64,000 bases of DNA from Rhodospirillaceae bacterium (GTDB lineage: Bacteria; Pseudomonadota; Alphaproteobacteria; CACIAM-22H2): NCBI GenBank assembly GCA_027490975.1, contig JAIXXA010000038.1, positions 28,608 through 92,607 of the forward strand. The letters are read 5' to 3'. Of this stretch, positions 35,182 through 44,549 are shown in pieces; within the stretch, counting starts at the first letter, position 1, and the number at the start of each line of letters is the position of its first letter. The notes beneath the pieces are model-generated. The model was not told where the DNA came from. It saw only the letters and a list, made by a program, of their open reading frames with translations, and did no database searches. A program made the translations under genes and the position numbers.

Positions 35182-37652
35182 CGCCGATCGACACCGGCTC
35201 GCTCGTGCCCCCGCCAACGCTGCCAGCTCCCTTCGACGCTTGGTTCGCCGCGCGCGGCTGGAGCTTGCGCCGCCATCAGGCCGAGCTGCTGGAAGCCGCA
35301 CGCGCGGGTCGCTCGGTGCTGCTCGTCGCGCCCACGGGGGCGGGCAAGACGCTGGCGGGCTTCCTGCCGAGCCTCGTCGCGATCGCGGAGGATCCGCGCC
35401 CGCGGCTGCACACGCTTTACATATCGCCGCTGAAGGCGCTGGCGGTCGACATCCACCGCAATCTCGAAGCGCCGATCGCCGAGATGGGACTTGGCGTGCG
35501 CGCCGAAACCCGCACCGGCGACACGCCCGCATCCAAACGCCGCCGCCAGCGCAGTGACCCGCCGCATCTGCTGCTGACCACGCCCGAATCGCTCGCGTTG
35601 CTGCTCTCCTATCCGGATGCCGGAGCGCTGTTCGGCGAACTTGCCTGCGTGGTGGTGGACGAAGCGCACGCGCTTGCCGGCACCAAGCGGGGCGATCTGC
35701 TTGCACTGGGTCTCGCACGGCTTGCGGCCTTGGCGCCGAACGCGCGCCGCGTCGGGCTGTCGGCAACCGTCGCCGATCCGCCGATGCTGGCACGCTGGCT
35801 CTCGGCGGGGCTGTCCCGCCCGGCCGACATCGTGCTCGGTGCCGCTGGGGCAAAACCGCAGGTGACGATCGTGAACCCGGCCGCGCGCGTGCCGTGGTCG
35901 GGCCACGGGGCCGTGCATGCGCTGCCGGAAGTCTATATGGCGCTCAAAAACGCGCAGGCGGCGATCGTGTTCGTGAATACGCGTGCGCAGGCCGAGATCT
36001 GCTTTCGCGAATTGTGGAAGCTCAACGACGACAATCTCGCGATCGCTTTGCATCACGGCAGCCTTGCGGCCGAGCAGCGTCGGCGCGTGGAAGCGGCGAT
36101 GGCGGCGGGCAAATTGCGCGCGGTCGTGGCCACATCCTCGCTCGATCTCGGCATCGATTGGGGCAATGTCGATCTCGTCGTGCAGGTGGGGGCACCCAAG
36201 GGGGCTTCGCGCCTGCTGCAGCGGCTGGGCCGGGCGAACCACCGGCTCGACGATGCGAGCCGAGCCCTGCTCGTGCCCGGCAACCGCTTCGAGATGCTCG
36301 AATGTGTGGCCGCGATCGCGGCCGTGGCGGCCGACGAGCTCGACCGCCTGCCCGAACGCCCCGGTGCCTTCGACGTGCTTGCCCAGCATCTGCTGGGCAT
36401 GGCGTGCGCGGGCCCGTTCGATGCCGATGCGGCCTACGCGCAGACCGTGGCGACGCTGCCCTACGCCGCACTTTCGCGCGCCGATTTCGACGCGGTCCTC
36501 GATTATGTCGCGACCGGCGGCTACGCGTTGGCGGGCTACGAGCGCTATCGGCGCCTCGTGCGCGACGCAACCGGCCATTGGTGCGTGGCCGATCCGTTGT
36601 TCGTGCGCCAGTATCGCATGAATATCGGCACCATCGTCGAAGAGCCGATGCTGCATGTCGCGTTCAAGCGCGGCAAGCGCCTGGGCTCGATCGAAGAGTA
36701 TTTCGCCCTCGGGCTCGAGATCGGCGACACGTTTGCGTTTGCAGGCCAGATTCTGCGCTTCGAGGGGCTGCGCGACGGCACGCTTGAGGTTTCGAAGGCG
36801 GCCTCCGCCGAGCAGCCCAAAGTGCCGGTCTATGCGGGCGGGCGGATGCCGTTCACGAGCGAGCTTGCGGCGCGCGTGCGCGCGCTCCTGCAGGATCCGT
36901 CCGCGTGGTCGGGCTTTCCCGCCGACGTGCGCGAATGGCTGCATTTGCAGCGCAAGCGCAGCCAGATGCCCGACCGCACGGGGCTGCTCGTCGAAACCTT
37001 CCCGCGCGACGGGCGCTGGTTTCTGGTGGCTTACTGTTTTGCGGGCCGCAACGCGCATCAGAGTCTGGGCATGCTGCTCACGCGGCGCATGGCGCGCGCC
37101 GGCTTGCGGCCGATCGGGTTCGTGGCGTCGGACTACGCGATCGCGGTGTGGTCGGGCAAACACGTGGAACGGCCGAGCGAGCTTTTCGCCGAAGACATGC
37201 TCGGCGACGATCTCGAAGAATGGCTCGCCGAAAGCGCGATGCTGAAACGCAGCTTCCGCAACGTCGCGGTGATTGCGGGCCTCATCGAGCGGCGCCATCC
37301 GGGCCAGGAGAAATCCGGCCGCCAAGTCACGTTCTCGTCCGACCTCATCTACGACGTTTTGCGCAAGCACCAGCCGGGCCATGTGCTGCTCAAAGCCGCG
37401 CGCGCCGACGCCGATGCCGGCATGATCGATCTTGCGCGCTTGGCCCAAATGCTGAAGGCCGCGCGCGGGCGCATATCGCATCGCAGCTTGGCCCGCGTGT
37501 CGCCGCTCGCCGTGCCGATTCTGCTCGAAGTGGGGCGCGAATCGGTGCAAGGCTCCGCCCCCGACGAATGGCTCGCCGATGCCGCCGCCGCCCAAGCGCT
37601 GATCGACGAGGCTGGCTTCGAAGACGACGATCCGCAGCAGACTTTGTTCTGA
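35178..37652 (+). CDS. Lhr-type, ligase-associated DNA damage response DEXH-box helicase
   Basis: In-frame part of ORF 34737..37652: FDAWFAARGWSLRRHQAELLEAA...LLVAPTGAGKTLAGFLP (motif I), VVDEAHAL (DEAH), and the C-terminal Lhr-associated region. A TTG at 35178 overlaps the paralog B stop (TTGA). A GTG at 35205 is an alternative start. Confidence 0.9.
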   Translation: MTPIDTGSLVPPPTLPAPFDAWFAARGWSLRRHQAELLEAARAGRSVLLVAPTGAGKTLAGFLPSLVAIAEDPRPRLHTLYISPLKALAVDIHRNLEAPIAEMGLGVRAETRTGDTPASKRRRQRSDPPHLLLTTPESLALLLSYPDAGALFGELACVVVDEAHALAGTKRGDLLALGLARLAALAPNARRVGLSATVADPPMLARWLSAGLSRPADIVLGAAGAKPQVTIVNPAARVPWSGHGAVHALPEVYMALKNAQAAIVFVNTRAQAEICFRELWKLNDDNLAIALHHGSLAAEQRRRVEAAMAAGKLRAVVATSSLDLGIDWGNVDLVVQVGAPKGASRLLQRLGRANHRLDDASRALLVPGNRFEMLECVAAIAAVAADELDRLPERPGAFDVLAQHLLGMACAGPFDADAAYAQTVATLPYAALSRADFDAVLDYVATGGYALAGYERYRRLVRDATGHWCVADPLFVRQYRMNIGTIVEEPMLHVAFKRGKRLGSIEEYFALGLEIGDTFAFAGQILRFEGLRDGTLEVSKAASAEQPKVPVYAGGRMPFTSELAARVRALLQDPSAWSGFPADVREWLHLQRKRSQMPDRTGLLVETFPRDGRWFLVAYCFAGRNAHQSLGMLLTRRMARAGLRPIGFVASDYAIAVWSGKHVERPSELFAEDMLGDDLEEWLAESAMLKRSFRNVAVIAGLIERRHPGQEKSGRQVTFSSDLIYDVLRKHQPGHVLLKAARADADAGMIDLARLAQMLKAARGRISHRSLARVSPLAVPILLEVGRESVQGSAPDEWLADAAAAQALIDEAGFEDDDPQQTLF

Positions 37653-37663
37653 GCCCTTTTTCC

Positions 37664-38386
37664 ATGCATGCGCGCCTGACGCTCGAAGAAACGCCGTTGT
37701 TCGCCGATCCGTCGGGCGGCCTCTATTGGCCGGCGCGCCGCACGCTCGTGGTCGCCGATCTGCATCTCGAAAAAGGCTCGGCGTTCGCCGCCCGCCGCAC
37801 GCTGCTGCCGCCTTACGATTCGGCCGCGAGCCTTGCGAAGTTGCAGGGGCTCGTCCGCAAATTCGCGCCTGCGCGCGTCGTGTGCCTCGGCGACTCGTTC
37901 CACGATGTGCGCGCCGAGGCGCGCATGGCGCCCAACGATGCGGCGTTGCTCAAACGCCTCGTGGTAGGGCTCGACTGGGTTTGGGTCGTGGGCAACCACG
38001 ATCCGGCGATACCGCCTGCGTTCGGCGGGCGCATCGTGTCCGAAATCGTCGAGGACAAGCTCGCCTTGCGCCACGCGCCGGCAGCGGCAGGCGGCTTGGC
38101 GCCCGGCGAAATCGTCGGCCATTTCCACCCCAAAGCCGCCGTCGCCACGCAAGCCGGGCGCATCGCCGCCCCGTGTTTTGCGCTCGACGGGCGGCGCATG
38201 GTGCTGCCGGCTTTCGGCGCTTATGCGGGCGGGCTCGACGTGCTGGATCCGGCGATCGCCCGGCTGTTCGGCCGCGCGCGCTTCCGCGTGCTGATGCTGG
38301 GCGGCGAACGTTTGCATTTGTTCGGCCGCGAGCGTTTGCTCCCCTTTGCGGCGCATTCGGATACCGCCAAAAAGCCCGCTCGGTGA
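37664..38386 (+). CDS. pdeM: ligase-associated DNA damage response endonuclease PdeM (metallophosphoesterase)
   Basis: Tail of ORF 36905..38386 from MHARLTLEETPLFADPSGGLYWPARRTLVVADLHLEKG...VCLGDSFHD...VVGNHD...GHFHP. Confidence 0.85.
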   Translation: MHARLTLEETPLFADPSGGLYWPARRTLVVADLHLEKGSAFAARRTLLPPYDSAASLAKLQGLVRKFAPARVVCLGDSFHDVRAEARMAPNDAALLKRLVVGLDWVWVVGNHDPAIPPAFGGRIVSEIVEDKLALRHAPAAAGGLAPGEIVGHFHPKAAVATQAGRIAAPCFALDGRRMVLPAFGAYAGGLDVLDPAIARLFGRARFRVLMLGGERLHLFGRERLLPFAAHSDTAKKPAR

Positions 38387-38411
38387 TCCATGATGCTGCG
38401 CGCAACGTAAA
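38384..38411 (+). promoter_or_regulatory. candidate sigmaE/ChrR-type (ECF11-like) promoter TGATCC-N16-CGTAAA
   Basis: TGATCC at 38384..38389 overlaps the pdeM stop. After a 16-nt spacer, CGTAAA lies at 38406..38411, 44 nt upstream of the photolyase ATG. The consensus (TGATCC ... CGTA) is from memory. Confidence 0.45.
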
Positions 38412-38454
38412 CCCTCGCCAGCAACGTCGAACCAACGGTCTTTTCCGAAAAACA

Positions 38455-39891
38455 ATGCCAACGGCGCCGATACTCGTGTGGTTTCGTCAGGATCTGCGCC
38501 TGACCGACAATCCGGCCCTTGCCGCTGCGGCGGCGACGGGCGCCCCCGTCATTTGCGTCTATATCCGCGACATTGGCGGCGAGGGGGCCTGGGCGCCCGG
38601 GGCGGCATCGGATTGGTGGCTGCACCATTCGCTCGCCGCGCTCGGCGCATCGCTTGCCGAAATCGGCAGCCGCTTGATCCTTCGCGCCGGTGCGGCCCAT
38701 GCCGTGCTTGAGCGCCTCGTCGCCGAGACGGGCGCGCGCGCAATCTATTGGAATCGGCGCTACGAGCCCGCTGCGATCGCGCGCGACTCTGCGACCAAAG
38801 CCGCTTTCGAAGCGCGCGGCGTTGCCGCCAAAAGCTTCAACGCGGCCCTGCTGTTCGAACCTTTGACGATCCGCAACAAAAGCGGCGGGCCCTATCGCGT
38901 CTTCACGCAATTCTGGAAAACCTGCATCGCGGGCGAAGCCCCACCGCTTCCCGTCGCAGCACCCAAAAAGCTTGCCGCACCCGCAACGTGGCCCGCCTCG
39001 GACGCGCTCGAAGCCTGGAACCTTGCGCCGAACAAGCCCGATTGGGCCGCGGGTTGGCAGGATCTATGGCAGCCCGGCGAAGCCGGGGCCAATGCGCGGC
39101 TCGCGCGTTTCCTCAAACACGCCATTGCGGGCTACAAACAAGACCGCAACCGGCCCGATCTCGAGGCCACGTCGCGCCTTTCGGCCCATCTGCATTTCGG
39201 CGAAATCGGGCCGCGCCAATGTTTCCATGCCGCCCAAGCGGCGGCCGGCGGTACGGCGGGGGCGGACACGTTCCTGTCGGAATTGGGCTGGCGCGAATTC
39301 GCGCACCATCTGCTGTTCCAGCATGCCGATCTGCCGGAAGCGCCGTTGCGCGCCGATTTCCGCAGCTTCCCGTGGGCCGACGATGCGACGAAGCTCCGCG
39401 CCTGGCAGCGCGGCCAGACCGGCTATCCGATCGTCGACGCCGGCATGCGCGAACTGTGGCAGACCGGCTGGATGCACAATCGCGTGCGCATGATCGTGGC
39501 CTCGTTCCTGGTCAAGCATCTGCTGCTGCCCTGGCAGCAGGGCGAGGCGTGGTTCTGGGACACGCTCGTCGATGCCGACCTCGCCAACAATGCGGCGAGC
39601 TGGCAATGGGTCGCGGGCTGCGGGGCGGATGCGGCCCCCTATTTCCGCATCTTCAATCCGATCCTACAGGGTGCGAAGTTCGATCCCGACGGTTCGTATA
39701 CGCGCCGCTTCGTGCCCGAACTCGCGCAACTGCCGACCGAATATCTGTTCGCCCCGTGGGAAGCGCCCGCCGCGGTGCTCGCAAAAGCGCGTCTGCGGTT
39801 GGGGACCGACTATCCGCTGCCGATCATCGACCATGCGACGGCGCGCGCCCGGGCGCTTGCCGCTTTCCAAACGCTGAAGAATGCGGCCTAG
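38455..39891 (+). CDS. phrB: deoxyribodipyrimidine photolyase (CPD class I)
   Basis: Tail of ORF 37726..39891 from MPTAPILVWFRQDLRLTDNPAL. It contains TSRLSAHLHFGEI and WQWVAGCGADAAPYFRIFNP. Confidence 0.93.
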   Translation: MPTAPILVWFRQDLRLTDNPALAAAAATGAPVICVYIRDIGGEGAWAPGAASDWWLHHSLAALGASLAEIGSRLILRAGAAHAVLERLVAETGARAIYWNRRYEPAAIARDSATKAAFEARGVAAKSFNAALLFEPLTIRNKSGGPYRVFTQFWKTCIAGEAPPLPVAAPKKLAAPATWPASDALEAWNLAPNKPDWAAGWQDLWQPGEAGANARLARFLKHAIAGYKQDRNRPDLEATSRLSAHLHFGEIGPRQCFHAAQAAAGGTAGADTFLSELGWREFAHHLLFQHADLPEAPLRADFRSFPWADDATKLRAWQRGQTGYPIVDAGMRELWQTGWMHNRVRMIVASFLVKHLLLPWQQGEAWFWDTLVDADLANNAASWQWVAGCGADAAPYFRIFNPILQGAKFDPDGSYTRRFVPELAQLPTEYLFAPWEAPAAVLAKARLRLGTDYPLPIIDHATARARALAAFQTLKNAA

Positions 39892-39892
39892 C

Positions 39893-41212
39893 ATGGATCG
39901 TCTCAATATCGCCGTCGTCGGCTCCGGCATCTCGGGTTTGAGTGCGGCTTGGCTGCTCGCCAAGCGCCACCGCGTGACCTTGTTCGAAAAGCAGGACCGT
40001 CTCGGCGGCCACACCAACACGGTGCACACGAAGGCCCGCGCCGACGACGGTTCGGTGCGCGAGGTTGCGGTCGATACCGGTTTCATCGTCTACAACGATG
40101 CGACCTACCCCGATCTCATCGCGCTGTTCAAGCATCTGGGCGTCGCCGCACGGCAGTCGGACATGTCGTTTGCCGCTTCGATCGATCGCGGACGCATCGA
40201 GTATTCCGGCGGCACGCTTGCAGGGCTCTTCGCGCAGAAGCGCAATATCGTGCGCCTCGATCACTGGCGCATGCTGCGCGACTGCATGCGCTTCTTCCGC
40301 GAGGCGACGGCATTGTGCGATGCGGGCGCCGACGATCCGCGCGATCTCGGCACGTTTTTGGCGCAAGGCGGCTACAGCCGCGCCTTCGTCGAAAACCATC
40401 TTCTGCCGATGGCGGCGGCGATCTGGTCGTGCCCGGCCAAAGCCATGATGGCGTTTCCGGTGGTGAGCCTCGCGCGCTTCTTCCGCAACCACGGTCTGCT
40501 GCAGATTTTCGACCGCCCGGCCTGGCGCACGGTGCAAGGCGGCAGCCGCACCTATATCGGCAAGCTGATCGAAGATGCGGGCAGCGCATTGACGCTCGCC
40601 CCTGGTGCGGTCGCGATCGAAGCCGGGGCCGACGGCGTTGAGGTGCGCGACGCGAACGGGCAGCTTCATCGCTTCGATCGCGTGGTCTGTGCGGCCCATG
40701 CCGACGAGACCTTGGCGCTGCTCGCCGACGCAACGCCGCTCGAAAAAGAGATTCTCGGCCGTTTCCGCTTCCAATCCAACCGCGCGATTCTGCATCAGGA
40801 CGATTCGCTGATGCCCAAGCGCAAAGCCGCGTGGTCGAGTTGGAACTATCTTGCCGAACGGCGCGGCCACGGGCTCGACGGCGAGATGGCCGTGTCGGTC
40901 ACGTATTGGATGAACCTGCTGCAGGGACTCGATCCGGCCGTGCCGCTGTTCGTGTCGCTCAATCCGCTGGCGCCGCCGGCAATGTCCCAGACGCTCGCGA
41001 CCTTCGACTACATGCATCCGGTGTTCGACGAAGGGGCGATGGCTGCCCAGAAGCGCCTGGGCGAAATACAGGGCAAGCGCGGACTATATTTCTGCGGTGC
41101 TTGGACCGGCTACGGCTTCCACGAAGACGGCTTGCGTTCGGGCCTCGATGTAGCAGAATCGCTCGGCGTCAAGCGGCCCTGGGCACAAGCCCAGGCAAAC
41201 GCCGCCGACTGA
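39893..41212 (+). CDS. NAD(P)/FAD-dependent oxidoreductase (amine oxidase/phytoene desaturase-like)
   Basis: ORF 39881..41212 from MDRLNIAVVGSGISGLSAAWLLAKRHRVTLFEKQDRLGGHT. It begins 2 nt after the photolyase stop. Confidence 0.88.
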   Translation: MDRLNIAVVGSGISGLSAAWLLAKRHRVTLFEKQDRLGGHTNTVHTKARADDGSVREVAVDTGFIVYNDATYPDLIALFKHLGVAARQSDMSFAASIDRGRIEYSGGTLAGLFAQKRNIVRLDHWRMLRDCMRFFREATALCDAGADDPRDLGTFLAQGGYSRAFVENHLLPMAAAIWSCPAKAMMAFPVVSLARFFRNHGLLQIFDRPAWRTVQGGSRTYIGKLIEDAGSALTLAPGAVAIEAGADGVEVRDANGQLHRFDRVVCAAHADETLALLADATPLEKEILGRFRFQSNRAILHQDDSLMPKRKAAWSSWNYLAERRGHGLDGEMAVSVTYWMNLLQGLDPAVPLFVSLNPLAPPAMSQTLATFDYMHPVFDEGAMAAQKRLGEIQGKRGLYFCGAWTGYGFHEDGLRSGLDVAESLGVKRPWAQAQANAAD

Positions 41213-41226
41213 AAGAGCCCGGGGAA

Positions 41227-42015
41227 ATGCCAGAAACCTGCCTCTATTTCGGCAACGTGTTGCATGCGCGGCTGCGGCCGTTCCGGCATCGTTTTGCCTA
41301 CGGCGTTTTCTCGATGCTGGTCGATCTCGACGCGCTGTCCGACCTTGCGCGCAGCTCGCGCCTGTTTGCCTACAACCGGCCCGGCCTGTTCGCCTTCTAC
41401 GATGCCGACCATGGCGCGCGCGACGGCAGCAATGTGCGCGAATGGGTGCAAACGAATCTCGACAAAGCCGGGCTCGGCGCGGCGGGGGCCAAAATCTACG
41501 CGCTCTGTTTCCCGCGCGTGCTGGGCTACGTGTTCAATCCGCTCACGGTCTATTTCTGCTACGCGGCGGACGGCCGGCTTGCGGCGATGCTGTACGAGGT
41601 CAAGAACACGTTCGGCGACCAGCACGGCTATCTGATCCCCGTGGCAGCCGACCGCGCGCCGACCGCACCCGTGGTGCAGCAGGCGGCCAAACATTTCCAC
41701 GTGTCGCCCTTCATCGACATGGCGCAGCTCTACCGTTTCCGCGTCGCCGAGCCTGAAGAAAAACTCACGCTGCTGATCCGCGAGGACGCCGCCGAAGGCG
41801 AATTGCTGGTCGCAAGCCAGACCGGGCGGCGCGTGGCGTGGAACGACCGCAATCTCTTGCGCGCTTTCGTGCGCTATCCGCTGCTGACGTTCAAAGTGAT
41901 CGGCGCTATCCATTGGGAAGCGCTGCGCCTTTGGCTGAAAGGTGCCCGCTACCATGCAAGACCAGTCGCTCCCGCAATCCCTGTCGAAATCGTCGTCCGC
42001 CATGCTGAAATCTGA
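41227..42015 (+). CDS. DUF1365 domain-containing protein
   Basis: Tail of ORF 40831..42015 from MPETCLYFGNVLHARLRPFRHRFAYGVFSMLVDLD...FPRVLGYVFNPLTVYFCY. Confidence 0.85.
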   Translation: MPETCLYFGNVLHARLRPFRHRFAYGVFSMLVDLDALSDLARSSRLFAYNRPGLFAFYDADHGARDGSNVREWVQTNLDKAGLGAAGAKIYALCFPRVLGYVFNPLTVYFCYAADGRLAAMLYEVKNTFGDQHGYLIPVAADRAPTAPVVQQAAKHFHVSPFIDMAQLYRFRVAEPEEKLTLLIREDAAEGELLVASQTGRRVAWNDRNLLRAFVRYPLLTFKVIGAIHWEALRLWLKGARYHARPVAPAIPVEIVVRHAEI

Positions 42016-43207
42016 GATTCCCGGCCTTGCCCTGCGCACGCTGCTCGCGGCCGGCGAGCATATCGAGGTCGGCTGCCTGACCGTGACGTTGCCCGACCGC
42101 TCCCAGCGTGTGTTTCGCGGGCCCAAGCCCGGGCCGCAGGCCGAACTTGCGATCCGCACGAACCGGGCGGCGCGCCAAATCCTGTTCGGCGGCAATGTCG
42201 GATTCGCCGAGGCCTATATGGACCACGGCATCGACTCGCCCGACATGGCGGCGATGCTCGAACTTGCCGTGCTCAACGAAACGGCGATCGACCCGATTCA
42301 CTACGGCACGGCGAGCCGCATCGGGCCCATCGTGGGCTATGTGCGCCGCCTGTGGCATGCGCTGCGCGCCAACACGCGCGCCGGCTCGCAGCGCAACATC
42401 GCCTACCATTACGATCTCGGAAACGCGTTCTACGAACGCTGGCTCGATCCTTCGATGGCCTATTCCTCGGCCGTCTATCCGACGGGCGTGGCCGATCTCG
42501 AGGCGGCCCAGCAGGCCAAGTTCAAGCAGATGGCCACGATGATGGCGGTGGCACCGGGCCAGAAAGTGCTCGAAATCGGCTGCGGCTGGGGCTCGTTCGC
42601 GGCGTTCCTCGCCAAAGAATACCAGGCCAAAGTGACCGCGATCACGGTGAGCCGCGAGCAGCTTGCCCACACGCAAGCCAAGGTCCAGGCCGAAGGACTA
42701 GGCGATCTCGTCGAGACGCGCTTCGTCGACTATCGCGACGTCGAGGGGCGCTACGACCGCATTGCGTCGATCGAGATGTTCGAGGCGGTCGGCGAAAAAT
42801 ACTGGCCTGCCTATTTCGGCAAGCTGCGCGATTGCCTGCAGCCCGGCGGCCGTGCGGCCTTGCAGATCATCACCATCGCCGACCAGTGTTTCGAGCGCTA
42901 CCGTACCGGCGTCGATTTCATCCAGCGCTACATTTTCCCGGGCGGCATGCTGCCCTCGCCCACGGCGCTCAGGCGCGAATACGAGGCGGCGGGCCTGCGC
43001 CTCGAAGGCCAGAGCAATTTCGGCGAAGACTATGCGCGCACGCTCGCCGAATGGAACCGCCGCTTCCAGGCCGCGTGGCCCGAGATCGAGCCGCTCGGCT
43101 TCGACGGGCGCTTCAAGCGCATGTGGGAGTTCTATCTCGCCTATTGCGAGGCGGGTTTCCGCGGCCGGTCGCTCGACGTCACACAGGTCGCCCTTGTCCG
43201 CGCGTGA
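42002..43207 (+). CDS. cyclopropane-fatty-acyl-phospholipid synthase family SAM-dependent methyltransferase
   Basis: ORF 41942..43207: NIAYHYDLGNAFYERWLDPSMAYSSA...VLEIGCGWGSFA...FIQRYIFPGGMLPS. The start is ambiguous among ATGs at 41942, 41954 and 42002. 42002 gives the shortest overlap with the upstream gene. Confidence 0.85.
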   Translation: MLKSEIPGLALRTLLAAGEHIEVGCLTVTLPDRSQRVFRGPKPGPQAELAIRTNRAARQILFGGNVGFAEAYMDHGIDSPDMAAMLELAVLNETAIDPIHYGTASRIGPIVGYVRRLWHALRANTRAGSQRNIAYHYDLGNAFYERWLDPSMAYSSAVYPTGVADLEAAQQAKFKQMATMMAVAPGQKVLEIGCGWGSFAAFLAKEYQAKVTAITVSREQLAHTQAKVQAEGLGDLVETRFVDYRDVEGRYDRIASIEMFEAVGEKYWPAYFGKLRDCLQPGGRAALQIITIADQCFERYRTGVDFIQRYIFPGGMLPSPTALRREYEAAGLRLEGQSNFGEDYARTLAEWNRRFQAAWPEIEPLGFDGRFKRMWEFYLAYCEAGFRGRSLDVTQVALVRA

Positions 43208-44549
43208 CAATACAAGACTGCCTGCGTCTCTGCTCGCTGCCTATGCGTTGCCGGCACTGCCTGCCGCGATGCTGGGCCTGCCGCTGCTGATTTTTCTGCC
43301 CGCCTACTATGTCGAAACCACGGCGCTGAGCCTTACGGCGATCGGCAGCGTGCTGCTGGTGGCCCGGCTGTGGGACGTCGCGGTCGATCCGGCCATCGGC
43401 GCCTTGTCCGACCGCACGCAGACGCGTTTCGGGCGGCGCAAGCCGTGGATCCTTGGCGCCTTGCCGTTTGTGCTGCTCGGCAGCGCCATGCTGTTCGATC
43501 CGCCGGCGGAGGCGGGGGCGGGCTATCTCTTGCTGTGGCTGCTCGTCGTCTATCTCGGCTGGTCGATGGTGCAGATCCCGCATCAGGCCTGGGGTGCCGA
43601 GCTTTCGAGCGACTATGCCGAGCGCAGCCGCATTGCCGCCTGGCGCGAGAGCCTTACCGTGGTCGGCGTTGCGGTCGCCGCCTCGCTGCCGACGGTTGCG
43701 GTGCAGACCGGCCTGCTGCATCCCGGCGATTCGCCGGAAGGTTTTGCGCTGCAAGCCCTTGTCGTTGCGTGCGCCATCTTGCTGCCGCTCGCCGCTTTTG
43801 TGCTGCTGCGCTACGTGCCCGAGCCCAAGGCGGTTGCGGCCGCAAGCGGTTTCGATCTGCGCGCGGGCTGGCAGTTGCTGCGCTTCAATCTTCCGTTCCG
43901 CCGCCTCGTGGTCGCGTATCTCGTGAACGGGGTCGCCAACGCGCTGCCCGCCACGTTGTTTTTGCTCTATGCGGGCAGCGTGCTGGGGGCGGGGGACCAG
44001 TCGGGCGCTTTCCTGCTCGTCTATTTCCTGAGCGGCATTGCGGCCGTGCCTTTGTGGCTGCGCGCGGCCAAATTGTGGGGCAAACATCGCACCTGGAGTG
44101 CGTCGATGGTTGCCGCGTGCGGCGCTTTTGCGTTCGTGCCGTTTTTGGGCAATGGCGACAATTCTGCGTTTCTTGCCATCTGCCTGCTCACGGGCCTGTG
44201 CTTCGGCGCCGATCTCGCTTTGCCGGCCTCGATGCAGGCCGACGTCGTCGACGTCGACACGGCCGGCGGCGGCGGCCAGCGCACGGGGCTCTATTTCGCC
44301 ATCTGGTCGGTTGCGACCAAGCTTGCGCTGGCGCTGGCACCGGCGCTGGCGTTTCCGGCCCTCGATGCGGCCGGGTTCGTCGCGAACGATCCGGCAAGCT
44401 CGGGGCATGCTATGCTTGCGTTTCTCTATGCGGGCGTACCGGTGGTTTTCAAACTCGCGGCCGCCTATCTCATTTGGAATTTCCCGCTCGACGCAGAAGC
44501 ACAGATGCAGCTGCGTGCGCGCATAGCCGAAAGGGTCGGTGCCCGATGA
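43194..44549 (+). CDS. MFS transporter (glycoside-pentoside-hexuronide symporter-like)
   Basis: In-frame part of ORF 42762..44549: LLAAYALPALPAAMLGLPLLIFLPAYY...DPAIGALSDRTQTRFGRRKPW. The conserved N-terminus precedes the first ATG (43269), so I propose a TTG start at 43194 that overlaps the upstream gene end. Confidence 0.78.
   Translation: MSARDNTRLPASLLAAYALPALPAAMLGLPLLIFLPAYYVETTALSLTAIGSVLLVARLWDVAVDPAIGALSDRTQTRFGRRKPWILGALPFVLLGSAMLFDPPAEAGAGYLLLWLLVVYLGWSMVQIPHQAWGAELSSDYAERSRIAAWRESLTVVGVAVAASLPTVAVQTGLLHPGDSPEGFALQALVVACAILLPLAAFVLLRYVPEPKAVAAASGFDLRAGWQLLRFNLPFRRLVVAYLVNGVANALPATLFLLYAGSVLGAGDQSGAFLLVYFLSGIAAVPLWLRAAKLWGKHRTWSASMVAACGAFAFVPFLGNGDNSAFLAICLLTGLCFGADLALPASMQADVVDVDTAGGGGQRTGLYFAIWSVATKLALALAPALAFPALDAAGFVANDPASSGHAMLAFLYAGVPVVFKLAAAYLIWNFPLDAEAQMQLRARIAERVGAR

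Noticed and set aside
35040-37595. 851-aa minus-strand ORF opposite the helicase
   Set aside because: It is an antisense shadow with Arg/Gly/Ala/His-rich low-complexity translation. The plus strand carries complete helicase motifs.
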